Source: Flectonema sp. DT1601 (lineage: Eukaryota). From it: DNA of 64,000 bases. The stretch lies in assembly GCA_964019425.1 (NCBI GenBank), contig OZ025785.1, positions 930,001 to 994,000 on the forward strand, written 5' to 3'. The position numbers and the translations under genes are program-made. This document shows, one piece after another, positions 13,736 through 26,009 of the stretch (positions are counted from its first letter, which is position 1; each line of letters starts with the position of its first letter). The notes under the pieces are model-generated. The model did not search any database. It was not told the DNA's origin and saw only the letters and a list, made by a program, of their open reading frames with translations.

Positions 13736-14190
13736 AGCCTGTAAAGTGGGGTGAAACTTTGATAATGTAGAAAACAGTAACAACTTTAGAGTATTAAAAA
13801 ATAATAATAATTAATATCATCAAGTACTTGAACTGAAAAATATTTGTAGTTGTAAATCAATGAAAATTACGTTTAGAAAAAAGTAAACATAAAAAGAGAA
13901 AACTATATTTTTTTGTCTTACTGACCAGAAGACGTGGTCGAATCTGGTAATTCGGGGACCGCGTATTATCAGGTTGAGAGTCCCATGCCCTGTAGTCCGT
14001 TACAACTTACACTTAACCGAAGTTAAAAGAAAAAAAAACAGCCTGGAAAGGGGGTGAAACTTTGACAATGTAAAAAACAGTAACAACTTTAGAGTATTAA
14101 AAAAACGAAATTAATATCATCAAAAGTACTTGAACTGGAAAATATTTGTAGTTAATTCAGCCTGAAAGGGGAAGAAAACTTGAAATACCA
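13736..14190. repeat. Repeat W: ~120-bp unit at 13736-13860 and 14039-14157, partial copy from 14158, dispersed copy at 55856-55960
   Basis: Shared CAGCCTG..GGGGTGAAACTTTGA(T/C)AATGTA..AACAGTAACAACTTTAGAGTATT..AAGTACTTGAACTG. Confidence 0.85.
13935..14012 (+). repeat. Structured dispersed repeat, homologous to 59172-59250
   Basis: GTCGAAT..TTCGGGG(A/G)CC(G/A)CGTA..CAGGTTGAG.G(T/C)CCCATGCCCTGTAG(T/C)CCGTTACA is shared with the 59 kb copies. Confidence 0.8.
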
Positions 14191-15602
14191 CAAACAAAAC
14201 AATTATTAAACCGTGCCGACATGAGGTAGTCAACTGAGGAAAATAAATAAAACATAATATCAATGTACATCAATACACCCCTGAGACTAGAAGGCAAGAG
14301 AAGCCCACGTATTAAGAAACCCTCTAACAAGAAGCAAACCGATACAGGAATTATAATGTACCTACTCGGTAATAAACAAGAACACCCTCCTCAAGGGAAA
14401 GGAGAGGCAAATCAGAAATCTTTTAACACCGAGAAAGGCATTATTCGAGGACAGGGAGAAAGCCACGGAAGAAGGGGATAAAACAAATAGGAAAGCAATG
14501 CGAGTGCCTTTACGAAGCGACAACTAAAATGAAATAGAACTGTTGAACTGCGTATATCGTCTTCGTTTCTCCAGTTCGAATTACTGGCAAAATACAAACC
14601 ATTCCTCAGATCACGTTAAACAACAAAGAAGAATATATCATTTGTTTAAGTTGCGTAAGTTGCTCAATGAGATAGACGAAGCTGGCGGAGTAATCAACAA
14701 AGATGACGTATCGCCCAACGGGGAGGTTCTCTGGGAGTTGCAACACTTTCCCAACATAATTGCTAATATGAGAAGAACCAGAGCATTCGGGGGACAAACG
14801 GAAGGGAGTGGAAATGGTGAACAAAAATATAACCGGGAGTGTTTAATACTCAGATTTTCGTGATTCTTTCCATTCCAGACTTGGGATTAATATTTATCAT
14901 CATTGAGTACTATAAAGGAAACCACTCCCCGATGGTTGTATTCCTGTAGCGTCACTCTCTTATGTTACTTTTAACCCGAGGGCATTCCGGAAACTAAAAA
15001 AAAAAAAGAAAATCGAGTAAAAAACATCCTGTCGTGCAAACTTGTCCAATCGGTGAGAAAAGTGGTCCGAAAATCAATAGAAAAGAAAAGAAAATGGGAA
15101 AAGGTTTTTTTTTATTTTTTTTTTGTGTTTTTGAGAAGACTTTTTTTGACCGTTTAAATAAATTCAGTTAAATAAAAGAATCTACTGGTGACCGAGTAAA
15201 GTAACATTTTTGTGACCACGCGGAAGCATGGACTTGCTCTTGACTCAGCACTGTTTTATTTACTTGTATGGGAAGCCTACCTCCACCAACGCAGTAAGCT
15301 GACCACAGAGTCTACTGATGATAACAAATCACTTGGGATGAGCAACCCCAATACCGACTGCTACGAATAGAACAAAAACTCCCCCCACAAGACTGTTAAT
15401 CGTTTGGAAACTAATTATTTCTTTTTATTTGGTCTCCATTATTATTATTATTATTTTTTTTTTTTTTTTTTTTTTTTGACGAATGCTAATAAATAAAATA
15501 ACAAATCTACAGACCCAGTCAACTTAACCTGACAAAAGATGACTACAGCATTGGTAAAAAGGGAAGAAAAAAAAAAGAAGGAAATCATTCAGAAAAGCAG
15601 CC

Positions 15603-15734
15603 TTATATTTTGTTGATCGCAGATAGTTTTACTGGCGCACAGGGAAATAGATAACATGACATAATAAATAACGGCTCTTAATCTGAAATAGTTTCTTCTC
15701 CGACTTCGTCGGTGCAAAAAAAAAAAAAAAAAAA
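15603..15734 (+). mobile_element. SINE-like repeat Z ending in a hairpin plus poly(A)
   Basis: TTGTTGATCGCAGA..AATCTGAA..CTCCGACTTCGTCGGTGC-A(n). Related copies at 16204-16260 (+), 25506-25619 (+) and 35503-35612 (-). Confidence 0.7.
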
Positions 15735-16567
15735 CGAATTAGATTCAGGCTACTCTGAACAGAATGCATCCATAGTAAAGTCACATTAAGTGTAACAAAA
15801 TACCCGCCGATCAAATCAGTAGGAAGGACGCATTATAAATCAGGCTGCCTTCTACACAGAAGTCAACTCTCCCTTAGCGGTACAGTAGTTATTTAATAAT
15901 AGGATCGGACAACCTCACTTTTTACTTTTTTTATTCGAACTAAAAATCCTAATAAATGAAAGTGAGTGAGTTACGCTGCCGCAATTCTCTTTTTTATCAA
16001 ACAATTTGGAAATTCGTAGGTACTACAAAAAAAAACAGACGCAAAAAATATTGATTTACTTCTTATTCAAAATGGGGGATGTGAGTGAAGGAATTATTTC
16101 TTTAATTTCACTGGTACGTTTCGACTTGTGTAGTAGTAAGAAATAACAAACGGAAGGAAGAAAACGATTCAAATAAAGCCTTTTCTTTTCTTTTCTTTTT
16201 TTTTGTTGATCGCAGACAGTATTAAATAAATGGCTATTAATCTGATCGGTGCAAAGAAAGAGAAAAAAAAATGAATCAATCACAGCGATGGTTAAGCTTA
16301 AACATGTCAACAATGTTAGCTATGTAGTACGGCTCAAGACTCAAGCGCATTTGTGTGTTTTTTTTTTTGTTTTTCAAAAAAGAGCTAAATAACGTTTTTT
16401 GACGATAAACACACAAGACAACAAGCTACTTTTACAAATGAAATTCATCACTAAGTCTGACAACTGATATTTAATATTTCTACCTCATAAAAGTAGACAA
16501 CTTAGAGAAGAAATAAAATCTCATTTCATTAACATGTTTCTCAATACACACACAAGTGATCGACAAT

Positions 16568-18154
16568 CTATTCTGCTTTCATAGGTAACCTTCTTACTTT
16601 GGTACGGGGTGAACATCCCCGTGGCGATGGAACATGAGAACCAAAAGTAGTAGAACGACGTCGAGATGATATGGAACTCTCAGGAGGTGATGAGGTGGGT
16701 GACGGTCCACTAATACGACGTCGTGGCTGAGTGGAACCTTCAGAACGAGGAGATGATGCGGGAGACACGCTACTGACACGACGTCTCTGTTGAATTAGAT
16801 CTCTCTTACAAGTGATCCCATCTGACTCAAGTGATTGACGAGTTCTATGACAAGCAGGTACTGGAGATGATGTTCTTTCTTCACTACTTTGAGATGAACT
16901 GCTAGACTTACGACTGACTCCATCCGATCCGGTCGAAGCCAAACTAACTCTCTTTCGAGATATCGGTGCACTCCCTCCTCTAGCAAGGGAGACACCAGAA
17001 CATCGTTTTTGTCCTTTATACTGCCAATGGTCTTTGTAAGGGAAACTTGCTGGAGAAAGCTCTGTTGAGATTCTCTTCTCTCCAGAAACAACATTCAATG
17101 GTGCAGTGTTAGGACTATTAATAGCGTCATCATCTGTGAACTGTTGATACTCAGATTCGTGTCCATACTTTATTAACCATTCACCCCATTGTCTTTCTAC
17201 AAGTTTCATGGAATACGTGAACTCGTACCTACCAGCGGATACAATCTTCTGTAGTTCTGAGACCTTCGCAGCATATTTTATAGGACAGCAGTGAGGACAC
17301 CAAACGTCTACAAAGCTGAAGATTCCTTCGAAGAAAGCCTCGTATCCCATAAAGAATTCACCATTGCTTTCACTATCCCAATCATCATCAAGAAGAGATA
17401 CTGCTGAGTGTCTTTCTTCTTCAGGAATTAGTTTATCGAGGAAGCGAAGACCCATCCATTGATATATCTGTCTATCAATGTAGTCTTCATATGGCGATGG
17501 ACACTTTGCTAAAGCTTTCCACAAGTTTTGAATAGACTGCGTTACTTGTGAATCTTGTTTCAGTCCTTTTCGTTTAGCCAACGCATCGGGGTTTGTGAAT
17601 TCTGGGTTCCCCTGATTACGATATGAAACTTTACCGGCATCAGCTTCTGATAGTGTACACCTAATACCTTCTCTTTTAATAGCTCTGATAGTGTCAGTGT
17701 CACAATTATCACCTAACCCGTTGATAGTTGCCTGAGAAGAAGCAGCCCATCGGAATATACGTCTGGATAATTTTGGTCTAATCCCCAGTAGTGCGCAGTA
17801 TTGAACCATAGCGTCACTTCGTAGTGCTTGTTCTTCTGAACACAGGAGAGCAACTTGCCAGAATCGAAGCTTTGCTCCATCAGGAAGAGGAATTAGTTTC
17901 ATTGTGTCTAATGTAGGCTCTGATCTACTCCTCCTCCTCACTGGATTTGGAAGTGCTACGGAAGTTCGTTTTGGTCGAGGTAATGGGCTTACTGGAGCGC
18001 ATCCAAATCGACTAACTCTCCTACCTGTTGGTAGTCTTGGTGTTGTTGATACTGATGCTTCTGATCTTTTATTTACTGAAGGTGGTCCTGTTTCTGGTTT
18101 GGCAACAGATGGAGCAACTGGTGTTACAATTGGTTTTGAGCCGCATACCAACAT
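16568..18154 (-). CDS. Hypothetical protein with a central EF-hand-like domain and S/R/P-rich termini
   Basis: Long ORF with DDDWDSESNGEFFMGYEAFFEGIFSFVDVW. Start is uncertain; a possible 5' intron lies near 18171-18236. Confidence 0.75.
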   Translation of the reverse strand: MLVCGSKPIVTPVAPSVAKPETGPPSVNKRSEASVSTTPRLPTGRRVSRFGCAPVSPLPRPKRTSVALPNPVRRRSRSEPTLDTMKLIPLPDGAKLRFWQVALLCSEEQALRSDAMVQYCALLGIRPKLSRRIFRWAASSQATINGLGDNCDTDTIRAIKREGIRCTLSEADAGKVSYRNQGNPEFTNPDALAKRKGLKQDSQVTQSIQNLWKALAKCPSPYEDYIDRQIYQWMGLRFLDKLIPEEERHSAVSLLDDDWDSESNGEFFMGYEAFFEGIFSFVDVWCPHCCPIKYAAKVSELQKIVSAGRYEFTYSMKLVERQWGEWLIKYGHESEYQQFTDDDAINSPNTAPLNVVSGEKRISTELSPASFPYKDHWQYKGQKRCSGVSLARGGSAPISRKRVSLASTGSDGVSRKSSSSSQSSEERTSSPVPACHRTRQSLESDGITCKRDLIQQRRRVSSVSPASSPRSEGSTQPRRRISGPSPTSSPPESSISSRRRSTTFGSHVPSPRGCSPRTKVRRLPMKAE

Positions 18155-19069
18155 ATCCACAATCGGATATCTATTGTGAGAAAAAACATAATTATATATT
18201 GACACTACCGGATGTTAATATAAACTCTCTCATACGACGATGTGTGGATCTCTTTTTGTTCGGCTGTTTATTAGAATTACTTATTAATTTTATTTTGACA
18301 AATCCGCAAAAAGAATTAAAAGAAAAAAATAATTTGATCGCAAATAAAGAAAATCGAGAGGAAGTTAATGAACGGGGGGGGTGTACACAACGTGCAAGAA
18401 ACGCCGACAGAGAAAAAATATTCCCTCTTCGCACATGGAGGGAAGCGAAGGAACATAAATTGCGGGCGTAATAGTGACTTAAGTACACAAGAGAAAGCGA
18501 ATGGGAATTTACTTGTTGTTTTCCTCCAGTTTAACGGAAGAAAAAGAAATCTGCGAATCAAACAAAATCGGGAAGGGGAAGAAAGTCTCTTAGGCTGATC
18601 CAATTTTAAAAATAAAAGAGGTCTATAATAATTAACTTGGAGACTGAGAATCAGTGAAACAGAAACTACGTTCGGAGAGAACGTCATAAAAATAAAAATA
18701 AAAAGTGATGTATTATATCACTGTACGTAAAATATTTTTAGCCTTTCCGTGGTAAGGTCTAGCTATTTGTGTTTTTTTTTTTTTTTTTTTTTTTCTTTTT
18801 TTAATGTCAAATTTTATCTTCGCAAGGGAACATATTGGAATAGTGAGAAGCGAAAACACGCAGCAAAGATTCGTTTCAACAAAAAAAAAAAAAAAAAAAA
18901 TTAGATAAATTAGATAAATAAATAAATAAATAAATAAATAAAGGGCGTATAAAACAAAAGTGGCAAAAAAGTGGCAAAAGCATGCAAATAAATACAGGAG
19001 TTAGATCGATGTGGTTTTTGTTCTTTTTTTTGTTTCCAAAAAAAAAAGGGCTGAGATCGTAGAAATCAT

Positions 19070-20902
19070 CTAGTTACGAATGGCATTGTGAAAGAAGGCA
19101 GCAGTTCCTTCTGGAAGAGTGCATTCACGAGCGAATGAGGGGTCATGAATCCATCCGTTACTGTGGTAGAACTTTTCATTCTGCTCCCATGTTGCGGTTG
19201 ATGCCGATGGAGAGTCCTGATCACGCTTTAGCTTGAAATAGTCATAAGGAGCTGCTGCGTTTGGCTCCTCCTTATCAACCTTGATCCGTGTGTTTACCAA
19301 ATGACCTAACGCAGTTAAACTATCAGCCTGATCCCAATGACCATCAAGGGTCACTCTCAAGTGAAGAATCTGTTTTAGTTCACCATTCTCATAAGCTTTG
19401 ATAACTGGATGAATATTAATACCACAAGCAGTGTGCTTCTGTGGGGTCACAATATCCCATGAGCTTGGATCCTCACCTTCCATGTAGTGTTTGTCACCAA
19501 ACGCAAATTGTAAGGTGAAAGCAAATTGTGATTTCTTCACCAAATGAGCAGCATCTGGACTGTCATGTACCCAAGAGCAACGAAGCTCATTGTGGTACTT
19601 TACAACTCCCTCATTAATAGTAACCACATCTTGCATGAATGAAAACATTTGCCACAATCCACTGCTGTGGCTGGCTCTCATGCTGAGATGCTTTGCGATG
19701 GCTGCTGGTGAGTTTTCCAAGACCGTGTGTGGTAGTTCCTTTTGGAAATATTTGTTTTCCAAAACGTTGAATAATGTTCTCACGTTGTACCTAAATCCGT
19801 GAATAAATCCACTAGCCGACTGTGGGTCACAGGCTTGCATAGAAGTTCCCATAAAGTAAAGTTCAGTGTTGGTGGTTGACTCCCATGAGTCGGTCAACTT
19901 TGCCAGACGTTCTTCTTTTACAGTTTCGAATGAGTTAATACCTTCCCCGAACATTTCAGGTAGGATGTATTTCCATCCGCAGCAACGAATAACTTCATCG
20001 GCGATGAAGTCGAATTCCTGACCTTCCCTTGCCCTCACTGTGACGCAGTATTTAAACTTTCCAATTGACCCATCCCTTCCACAGTTTCCTGAGGCACTTG
20101 GAGATGCTTCGCTGTCGTTTTCAGCAATCTTACGAGCTCTTACTGGTTGCCAGTTTTCAATGCTGTGGTTGGATTTTAATCTTACTAAATCAAGAAAGTT
20201 GTTGTTAACAGCTCTCAAATGACCAACAAAGTGAGTGTTCCAAGCATGTCTAATTGGTGTTCTGTTTACCATCACAAGATTGGCAGCGTGACTTGAAAGA
20301 TGATCGGCAACTTCGAAAGCAGAGTTTCCCTTTCCAATAATCAAAACCTTCTTTCTAGCGTAGTCCATTTGGTCGATGGAATGACTGCTGTAGGATGGCA
20401 TGTCTTCGAGCCCTGGAATGTCTGGACAGTTTTCTTTCATTGCACCAGTCGCCATCAAAAGAACTTTTGTTTTATAAACGACGCCGTTGCTGTCAGTGAC
20501 GGTGTAGATGTTGTCAGCATTTCTCTCAACTTTTGAAACAGTTGTTTCAAACTTGATGTGCTGTAAGAGATCTAATTTATCAGCGAAGTCACTCATGTAC
20601 TGAACAAGTGCAGTGTTTGAAGGAAAGATCTCCTGAGAATAATTCCTAAATAGAAGCTCACTACTGTCAGACAACAAAGAGTTCCAGTCGTGTCTCAGAT
20701 TGTAATCCTTGTCCTGACAGGTGTTGTACAACTTGTTAATAGAAATTAATTTTCCGTGTCTTGGCTGGTTCAAATAAAAGCTTCCAACAACTTTTGATGA
20801 TTCCAACGTAATGAACTTCCTACCTGCTTGCTTCATAAATAATGTCATTTGAACACCGGCAGGACCGGCTCCTACAATCAAATAGTCGAGAATTTCAGAC
20901 AT
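19070..20902 (-). CDS. FAD-dependent oxidoreductase, FOXRED2-like
   Basis: YLIVGAGPAGVQ, LISINK, LRHDWNSLL, IIGKGNSAFE and SASGFIHGFRYNVR motifs. ATG at 20902 (MSEILDY). Confidence 0.88.
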   Translation of the reverse strand: MSEILDYLIVGAGPAGVQMTLFMKQAGRKFITLESSKVVGSFYLNQPRHGKLISINKLYNTCQDKDYNLRHDWNSLLSDSSELLFRNYSQEIFPSNTALVQYMSDFADKLDLLQHIKFETTVSKVERNADNIYTVTDSNGVVYKTKVLLMATGAMKENCPDIPGLEDMPSYSSHSIDQMDYARKKVLIIGKGNSAFEVADHLSSHAANLVMVNRTPIRHAWNTHFVGHLRAVNNNFLDLVRLKSNHSIENWQPVRARKIAENDSEASPSASGNCGRDGSIGKFKYCVTVRAREGQEFDFIADEVIRCCGWKYILPEMFGEGINSFETVKEERLAKLTDSWESTTNTELYFMGTSMQACDPQSASGFIHGFRYNVRTLFNVLENKYFQKELPHTVLENSPAAIAKHLSMRASHSSGLWQMFSFMQDVVTINEGVVKYHNELRCSWVHDSPDAAHLVKKSQFAFTLQFAFGDKHYMEGEDPSSWDIVTPQKHTACGINIHPVIKAYENGELKQILHLRVTLDGHWDQADSLTALGHLVNTRIKVDKEEPNAAAPYDYFKLKRDQDSPSASTATWEQNEKFYHSNGWIHDPSFARECTLPEGTAAFFHNAIRN

Positions 20903-21286
20903 GTTTAGTTTTGTTTGTAAAATACTGTTGAATGTAATATAAAAACACAAAATAACAAAATACATATGAAAGACGTACTGACTGCGCACATCCTGTTGAA
21001 CAAAGTAAATAACAAAAACAATCTAACCAATAAAGTCAATTAGCACACGACCCGCAAGCTCTCTGAAGAGAAATGCGAGTCACAACAGAGCAACAGCGGG
21101 CATCAGTCAAAGGTGTCGGCGATAAAAAAATAAATAAATAAAAAACAGATACAATGACGGTTTTGAGAGTAAAAAAAAACATGTCAATAAGCTGATAATA
21201 AGGCTGGCATAGTTAATCTATATAATGCATTGATACCTAATTTTTTTTAAAATTAAATCTTTTACTGGTAAGCAAGAAGATTATTT

Positions 21287-22315
21287 TTAATCTGATTCAA
21301 TGAAGACAAGTCCAAGATCCCTGTCTTCACCATATTCTTCATCATCGTTATCTTCATCAAGGTATTCAGTATCGTCTAAAACATTATTAAGATCTCTTCG
21401 GTAGTTACTTGAAAAGTTAACTCCAATGTGAATGTGAGCTGCTATTTTCCAAAGAGCAAAAGGCTTAACAGCTCTAAACGGAAGGCTTACTGCCGAACGA
21501 ATACCAAACTTTAAACAATAGTCAAACAAGTAATGAAATATCGTAAGGTGAGGAACTCCTGATGCCATCACTGCAAATAACGTGTCAGTAACAAGTAAGA
21601 CGGGGAGGCATATAAACCCTGAAGGAGATAGTGTTTTGTCAGCAACGTAATGATTAACTAATCGATTCGCTAATAATGATCCAAGTCCTTTGAAGTATCC
21701 CCATATTCCATGTTCAACGATGGGATCAACAACTGGTCCAAGCCATGTTCCTGATCCAACTGAACCAGCTGATCGTACCGTACAAACCCTAAATGGACAT
21801 GTTATGATTTCAAGTAAACTTGTACTACACAAGAATGAGAGTGTTGCAATTACAGTCATGTCTTGTTGAGATACAGACCTCCATCCATGTTCTGGAAAAA
21901 ATATCTCAGTAGTCCAATTAAATAAAGTATTCTTAATAGTTAGTTGCATTAATGAAGTTATCAAAGGATATTGAACTCCTCTCCATAATGATAACAGCGA
22001 TGGTTCTGTTGCTGATTTCCAAGTTTCTGTGAGAGTTCCACCATGAAGCTGCTGTATTGTTTTCATTCTAAGTAGCGGATGAATTATAAAAGTTGCTACT
22101 GCTGCTTCAGCTAAGGCACATGCAGTGACAACAATCATGGTATCATGACGTTCTTCAGCCTGTTCATTTTCCTCTTGCCGTTCCAATCTTGTTCTTGCGT
22201 TTTCTAACGATCCCTCAGTTCGTAGGATGTGAAGCAACACGCTGTCAGGTAGCTCAAAGTCCTCACGAAGTTCTTCAACGTCGACAGCCTCATCTTCTGT
22301 CATTCCGACGTCCAT
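21287..22315 (-). CDS. Divergent mitochondrial carrier (SLC25) family protein
   Basis: Carrier-like signatures HPLLRMKTIQQ..LWRG and CPFRVCTVR..GYFKG. Confidence 0.7.
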   Translation of the reverse strand: MDVGMTEDEAVDVEELREDFELPDSVLLHILRTEGSLENARTRLERQEENEQAEERHDTMIVVTACALAEAAVATFIIHPLLRMKTIQQLHGGTLTETWKSATEPSLLSLWRGVQYPLITSLMQLTIKNTLFNWTTEIFFPEHGWRSVSQQDMTVIATLSFLCSTSLLEIITCPFRVCTVRSAGSVGSGTWLGPVVDPIVEHGIWGYFKGLGSLLANRLVNHYVADKTLSPSGFICLPVLLVTDTLFAVMASGVPHLTIFHYLFDYCLKFGIRSAVSLPFRAVKPFALWKIAAHIHIGVNFSSNYRRDLNNVLDDTEYLDEDNDDEEYGEDRDLGLVFIESD

Positions 22316-22508
22316 TTTATTTTTTTTATTTTTTTTTTTTTGTAAAAATATATATTTCTGTCGTAATAAAATCGATAAAAGTTAATTTTGAATTCTACAA
22401 AAAAAAAGTAAAGCTTACCACGTTATTGTTAAGAAAGGTGTAAATCGATTCGTTTATTTAATAAGTCTGAAAAAAAAAACTAGAGAGAGAGAGAGAGAGA
22501 GATCCAAC

Positions 22509-24303
22509 TCAACACTTTATAATCCAAGATCTGAAAGCAACACCATTCCACGTTGGCATCTCTTTTGTAATGAACACGTCCCTTCCAACAGATTCCGCGA
22601 AGAGTTCTACAGCAACTCGAGGACCTCCAATGTGTGTTGTTCCGTCTGGTTGAACCATCCAATTAAGACCTGTCTTGGTAACCTCTGCTGCTGATAGAAA
22701 ATTATAACCAGAAATAATTCCTCCTGATCGACACTTTGACCAGTATTGTTTTAGGAGAGATTGGGTGGTGATGAAATCAGTCGGAGATGATAAATAAATA
22801 AAATCAAGAGAGTCGTTTTGAAACATCTCTGAAGACTCCAACGGAGGTTTCCTTCGAACAGAAACTTTGCTACCAAATTGAGACATTCGTTTTGTTATAA
22901 AATTGAATTCCTCATCATTTCCTTCCCAAGTATCAATCGCGTAGAATCTTTCTACCGACTTCCAAGATCGCAATAGTTTTTCTGTGAACGCTCCAGCTTG
23001 TGGACACAACTCAACACCCCTTCTGTAATCATCTAATTCAGCGAGGTCACCTAATCCATCGCGAGTTACCAAATACGCACTTGGAATTAACTGATGTGCC
23101 GGTACTGGAATATTTCCTAGTTTATTTATATGATACACATTATTACGAATCAAGGCTACCATGCTAACAAAAAGGGAAGTACATACCTGTGTACAGATAA
23201 TGACTCACTTTAGGCAAACTGGAAGCCACATACTTCGGACGAGAACATACAAAAAGAGGAAGACTGGCACCCTGCGCGTTATAAACGGTCGGGTTCGAGT
23301 CCTGGAGTAGGCGAAATTTTTTTCCATCTAAGAAAAAGAAGACTTCAGATAAGAGTAGTTTTCGCATTAGATTTTGAATAGCAGGATAATACGGAGGAGA
23401 GTTGGACTTAAAGTCAGAACTAGAATCATTGTGAAATAATGAACAGCGATTTGGATCAACTGTTTTCACAACAGAGTAGCAATGGTCAGTACCGACTGTC
23501 CAACCTGAAGAACAATCACCTTGACGCTTTAGGTAACAAACATAACCAGGTACAAGATCAGTAGCTGTGTGTGATTGTAACACTGTACTCTGAATGAGTA
23601 TTTTTGCTTTGTTGCCTGTGGCTATAGCAAAGTAGGCTCGCTGTCTCATTAGTAGATTTCTAACAATACTAACGTCCCGTTTATCAATAACTGAATCCGT
23701 GTTAGGACCAAACCTTGTTACACAATCCTCTCTGGGGCTTTTACTTACTCTGTAGCATAGTTGGCTTTCTCCGTGAACCCATCCAGCTCGGCATAGTGGG
23801 TATTCTGAGCTTCCAATTTCAGGAGTATTTTTACCATATCCCAAAACAAAATTCATGTTCAATTCCTGTATTAGTAATATTTTTGCTCCGATTTCCCCGG
23901 AAGACACCCGTCTGAACCGAATTTCATTTCCGTTTTTTTGTAATATATGGAGAGTGTCATCGTGGGGGGTTACATTCCAGGATAGAAGTGTTTTGTTGTT
24001 GAGGTACCATCCAGTCTGATCGTTTACAGAACCATTGGTAAGCAATTTAATAGTTCTTGTTGGATGAAGACCATCTATGCTCCACCATAGTTCTGTTCCT
24101 GTTAGGTCGTTGTTGAATAGTTCAATTTGATCTCTGTGTTGATGTAACACAAATCTATTTAATATCGGAAACACTGATTCAACAACAGGCTCAGCTAATG
24201 ATCTGACAGGTACATCAACATTACATGATTGCCACTCAAACATCGACAACACAACTACGCCGACCAGTGCAATTAGTAGAATGTTAGTTGCTCTGTATGC
24301 CAT
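22509..24303 (-). CDS. Type II membrane protein with C-terminal class I SAM methyltransferase domain (2 exons)
   Basis: A phase-1 intron at 23186-23117 joins the 379-aa and 217-aa ORFs. N-terminal signal anchor; GVEL, YAIDTW, SLDFIYL and GGIISG motifs. Confidence 0.75.
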
Positions 24304-24509
24304 TTCAACACGGACTCAAACATAAAGGTGTATGCTGTGTAGGAAACTGTGCTTAGGAAAAGTTCTGTAGATTTTGAAGTATTTTTGCTAATATAGAATG
24401 TGGTCTCACGGTGTTCGATTAATTCATTGTAAAAAAAAAAAGAACAAAAATAAGAAAACATTTTTATATATTCGATGGAACAAACTGTTAATTCATTTTT
24501 GTTATTCTT

Positions 24510-25292
24510 CTAAAAGTTATTCCTCCGTTCACGTACAGCAGTAAATACTTCCAAGTCAGTAGCCGTATTTGAGAATCCCATACTCCCTCTGAGTACACCG
24601 CAGGCAGATCTAAGAAAGGGATTGGTGTCTAATTCAGTTTGAATTGTTGTTGGAATGGTTGCTATGTTTTTACTACGAGCAGTCATCACTTCCTCATGAC
24701 GAGTTTGAAGAAGAGGATTGTTTCCGTCAACAGTAAGAGAAAAGTTCGCATTATGAGCTGTGTATTCATGCGCGCAATAAACTTCTGTTGATGGCGGTAG
24801 TGACATTAATTTTTGAAGACTGCTGAGCATTTGTGAAGGTGTGCCTTCAAAGAGTCTTCCACAACCCATAGAAAACAGAGTATCTCCAACAAATACTTTA
24901 TTACATTTATTAAAATAATAACAAATATGATCAATAGTGTGTCCAGGGGTTTCTATGACTCTGGCGGTATGGTTTCCTATTAATATTTCATCACCATCGC
25001 ATAGTTTTCTCGTTATTTCTGGTATTCTATGACTTCCTTTAGATGACCCCCATACCTCACATGAATATTTATTTACTAGTTCGGTATTTCCTCCAACATG
25101 ATCAGCATGATGATGTGTGTTCAATATAATATCAAGGTTCCATCCCTGTTGATCTAAGGCTTCACAAATTGGCCCTACCTCAGGAGTGTCAACCACTGCT
25201 GTACAACCATTATCGTGTAGTAGCCAGGCATAATTATCATCTAGACAAGGGACCCTAATTACAGACATTAGGTGTTTCATAGATCGACGCAT
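24510..25292 (-). CDS. gloB: Hydroxyacylglutathione hydrolase (glyoxalase II)
   Basis: THHHADHVGG, TPGHT, FVGDTLFSMGCGR, YCAHEYT and TNPFLR motifs. Confidence 0.95.
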   Translation of the reverse strand: MRRSMKHLMSVIRVPCLDDNYAWLLHDNGCTAVVDTPEVGPICEALDQQGWNLDIILNTHHHADHVGGNTELVNKYSCEVWGSSKGSHRIPEITRKLCDGDEILIGNHTARVIETPGHTIDHICYYFNKCNKVFVGDTLFSMGCGRLFEGTPSQMLSSLQKLMSLPPSTEVYCAHEYTAHNANFSLTVDGNNPLLQTRHEEVMTARSKNIATIPTTIQTELDTNPFLRSACGVLRGSMGFSNTATDLEVFTAVRERRNNF

Positions 25293-26009
25293 GTTGCTGA
25301 TTGACTTGAAAAATTTTAAGTAATCACGTGTGTTAGTTAGGTATTAATTAGTTATCAAAAAAAAAACAATAAAATTTCAATCCGACAACGACCTCCAGGC
25401 TTTCGACAGTCGGTAACCTCGGTATTAACATGCCGAGCTCTCTTAAGCGCGGGTGCTCCCCTCCGCCCCACCAAGCAACAGTGTTTGGGTCGACACCAGG
25501 CATCCTTGTTGATTGCAGATAGATATGACATTATGAATAAACGGCCCTTGATCTGAATAGATAATAGAGAATTCTCCAACTTTGTCGGTGCAAAAAAAAA
25601 AAAAAAAAAAAAAAAAAAACCCACCCAGTTCGCATATTCTTCGTAATTTTAATTCAGTTTAACAACCACAGTTAAGTGAATTCAAAAAAAACGGGGAAAA
25701 AAAAAAAAAAAAAAACAGCTTTGACGACGCCTTTTAACGCGATAGCACGCCATCGAAATCAGAAAGAAAAAAACAACTTATGAAATAGGTATCTTGTCAA
25801 CACCGAAAGGATAGCTAAACCAGTGTAACAAGAAAGGGATGGATAATATTAAGATGATATTTTGCTCTAGTTGAGAATACAAAAAGTTAGATCATCAGCG
25901 ACAGCACAGTGAAAATTGTTAGTACTTTTTGAACAATAATCAGATAAGAATGAAATACTCATCTTGGTGTTGGGTAATTGAAGTGGGGAATAAGGGAGAA
26001 GGGAAAAAA

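Noticed and set aside
14543..14863. 106-aa plus-strand ORF
   Set aside because: TTG start, opposite to the gene-bearing strand and no recognisable motif.
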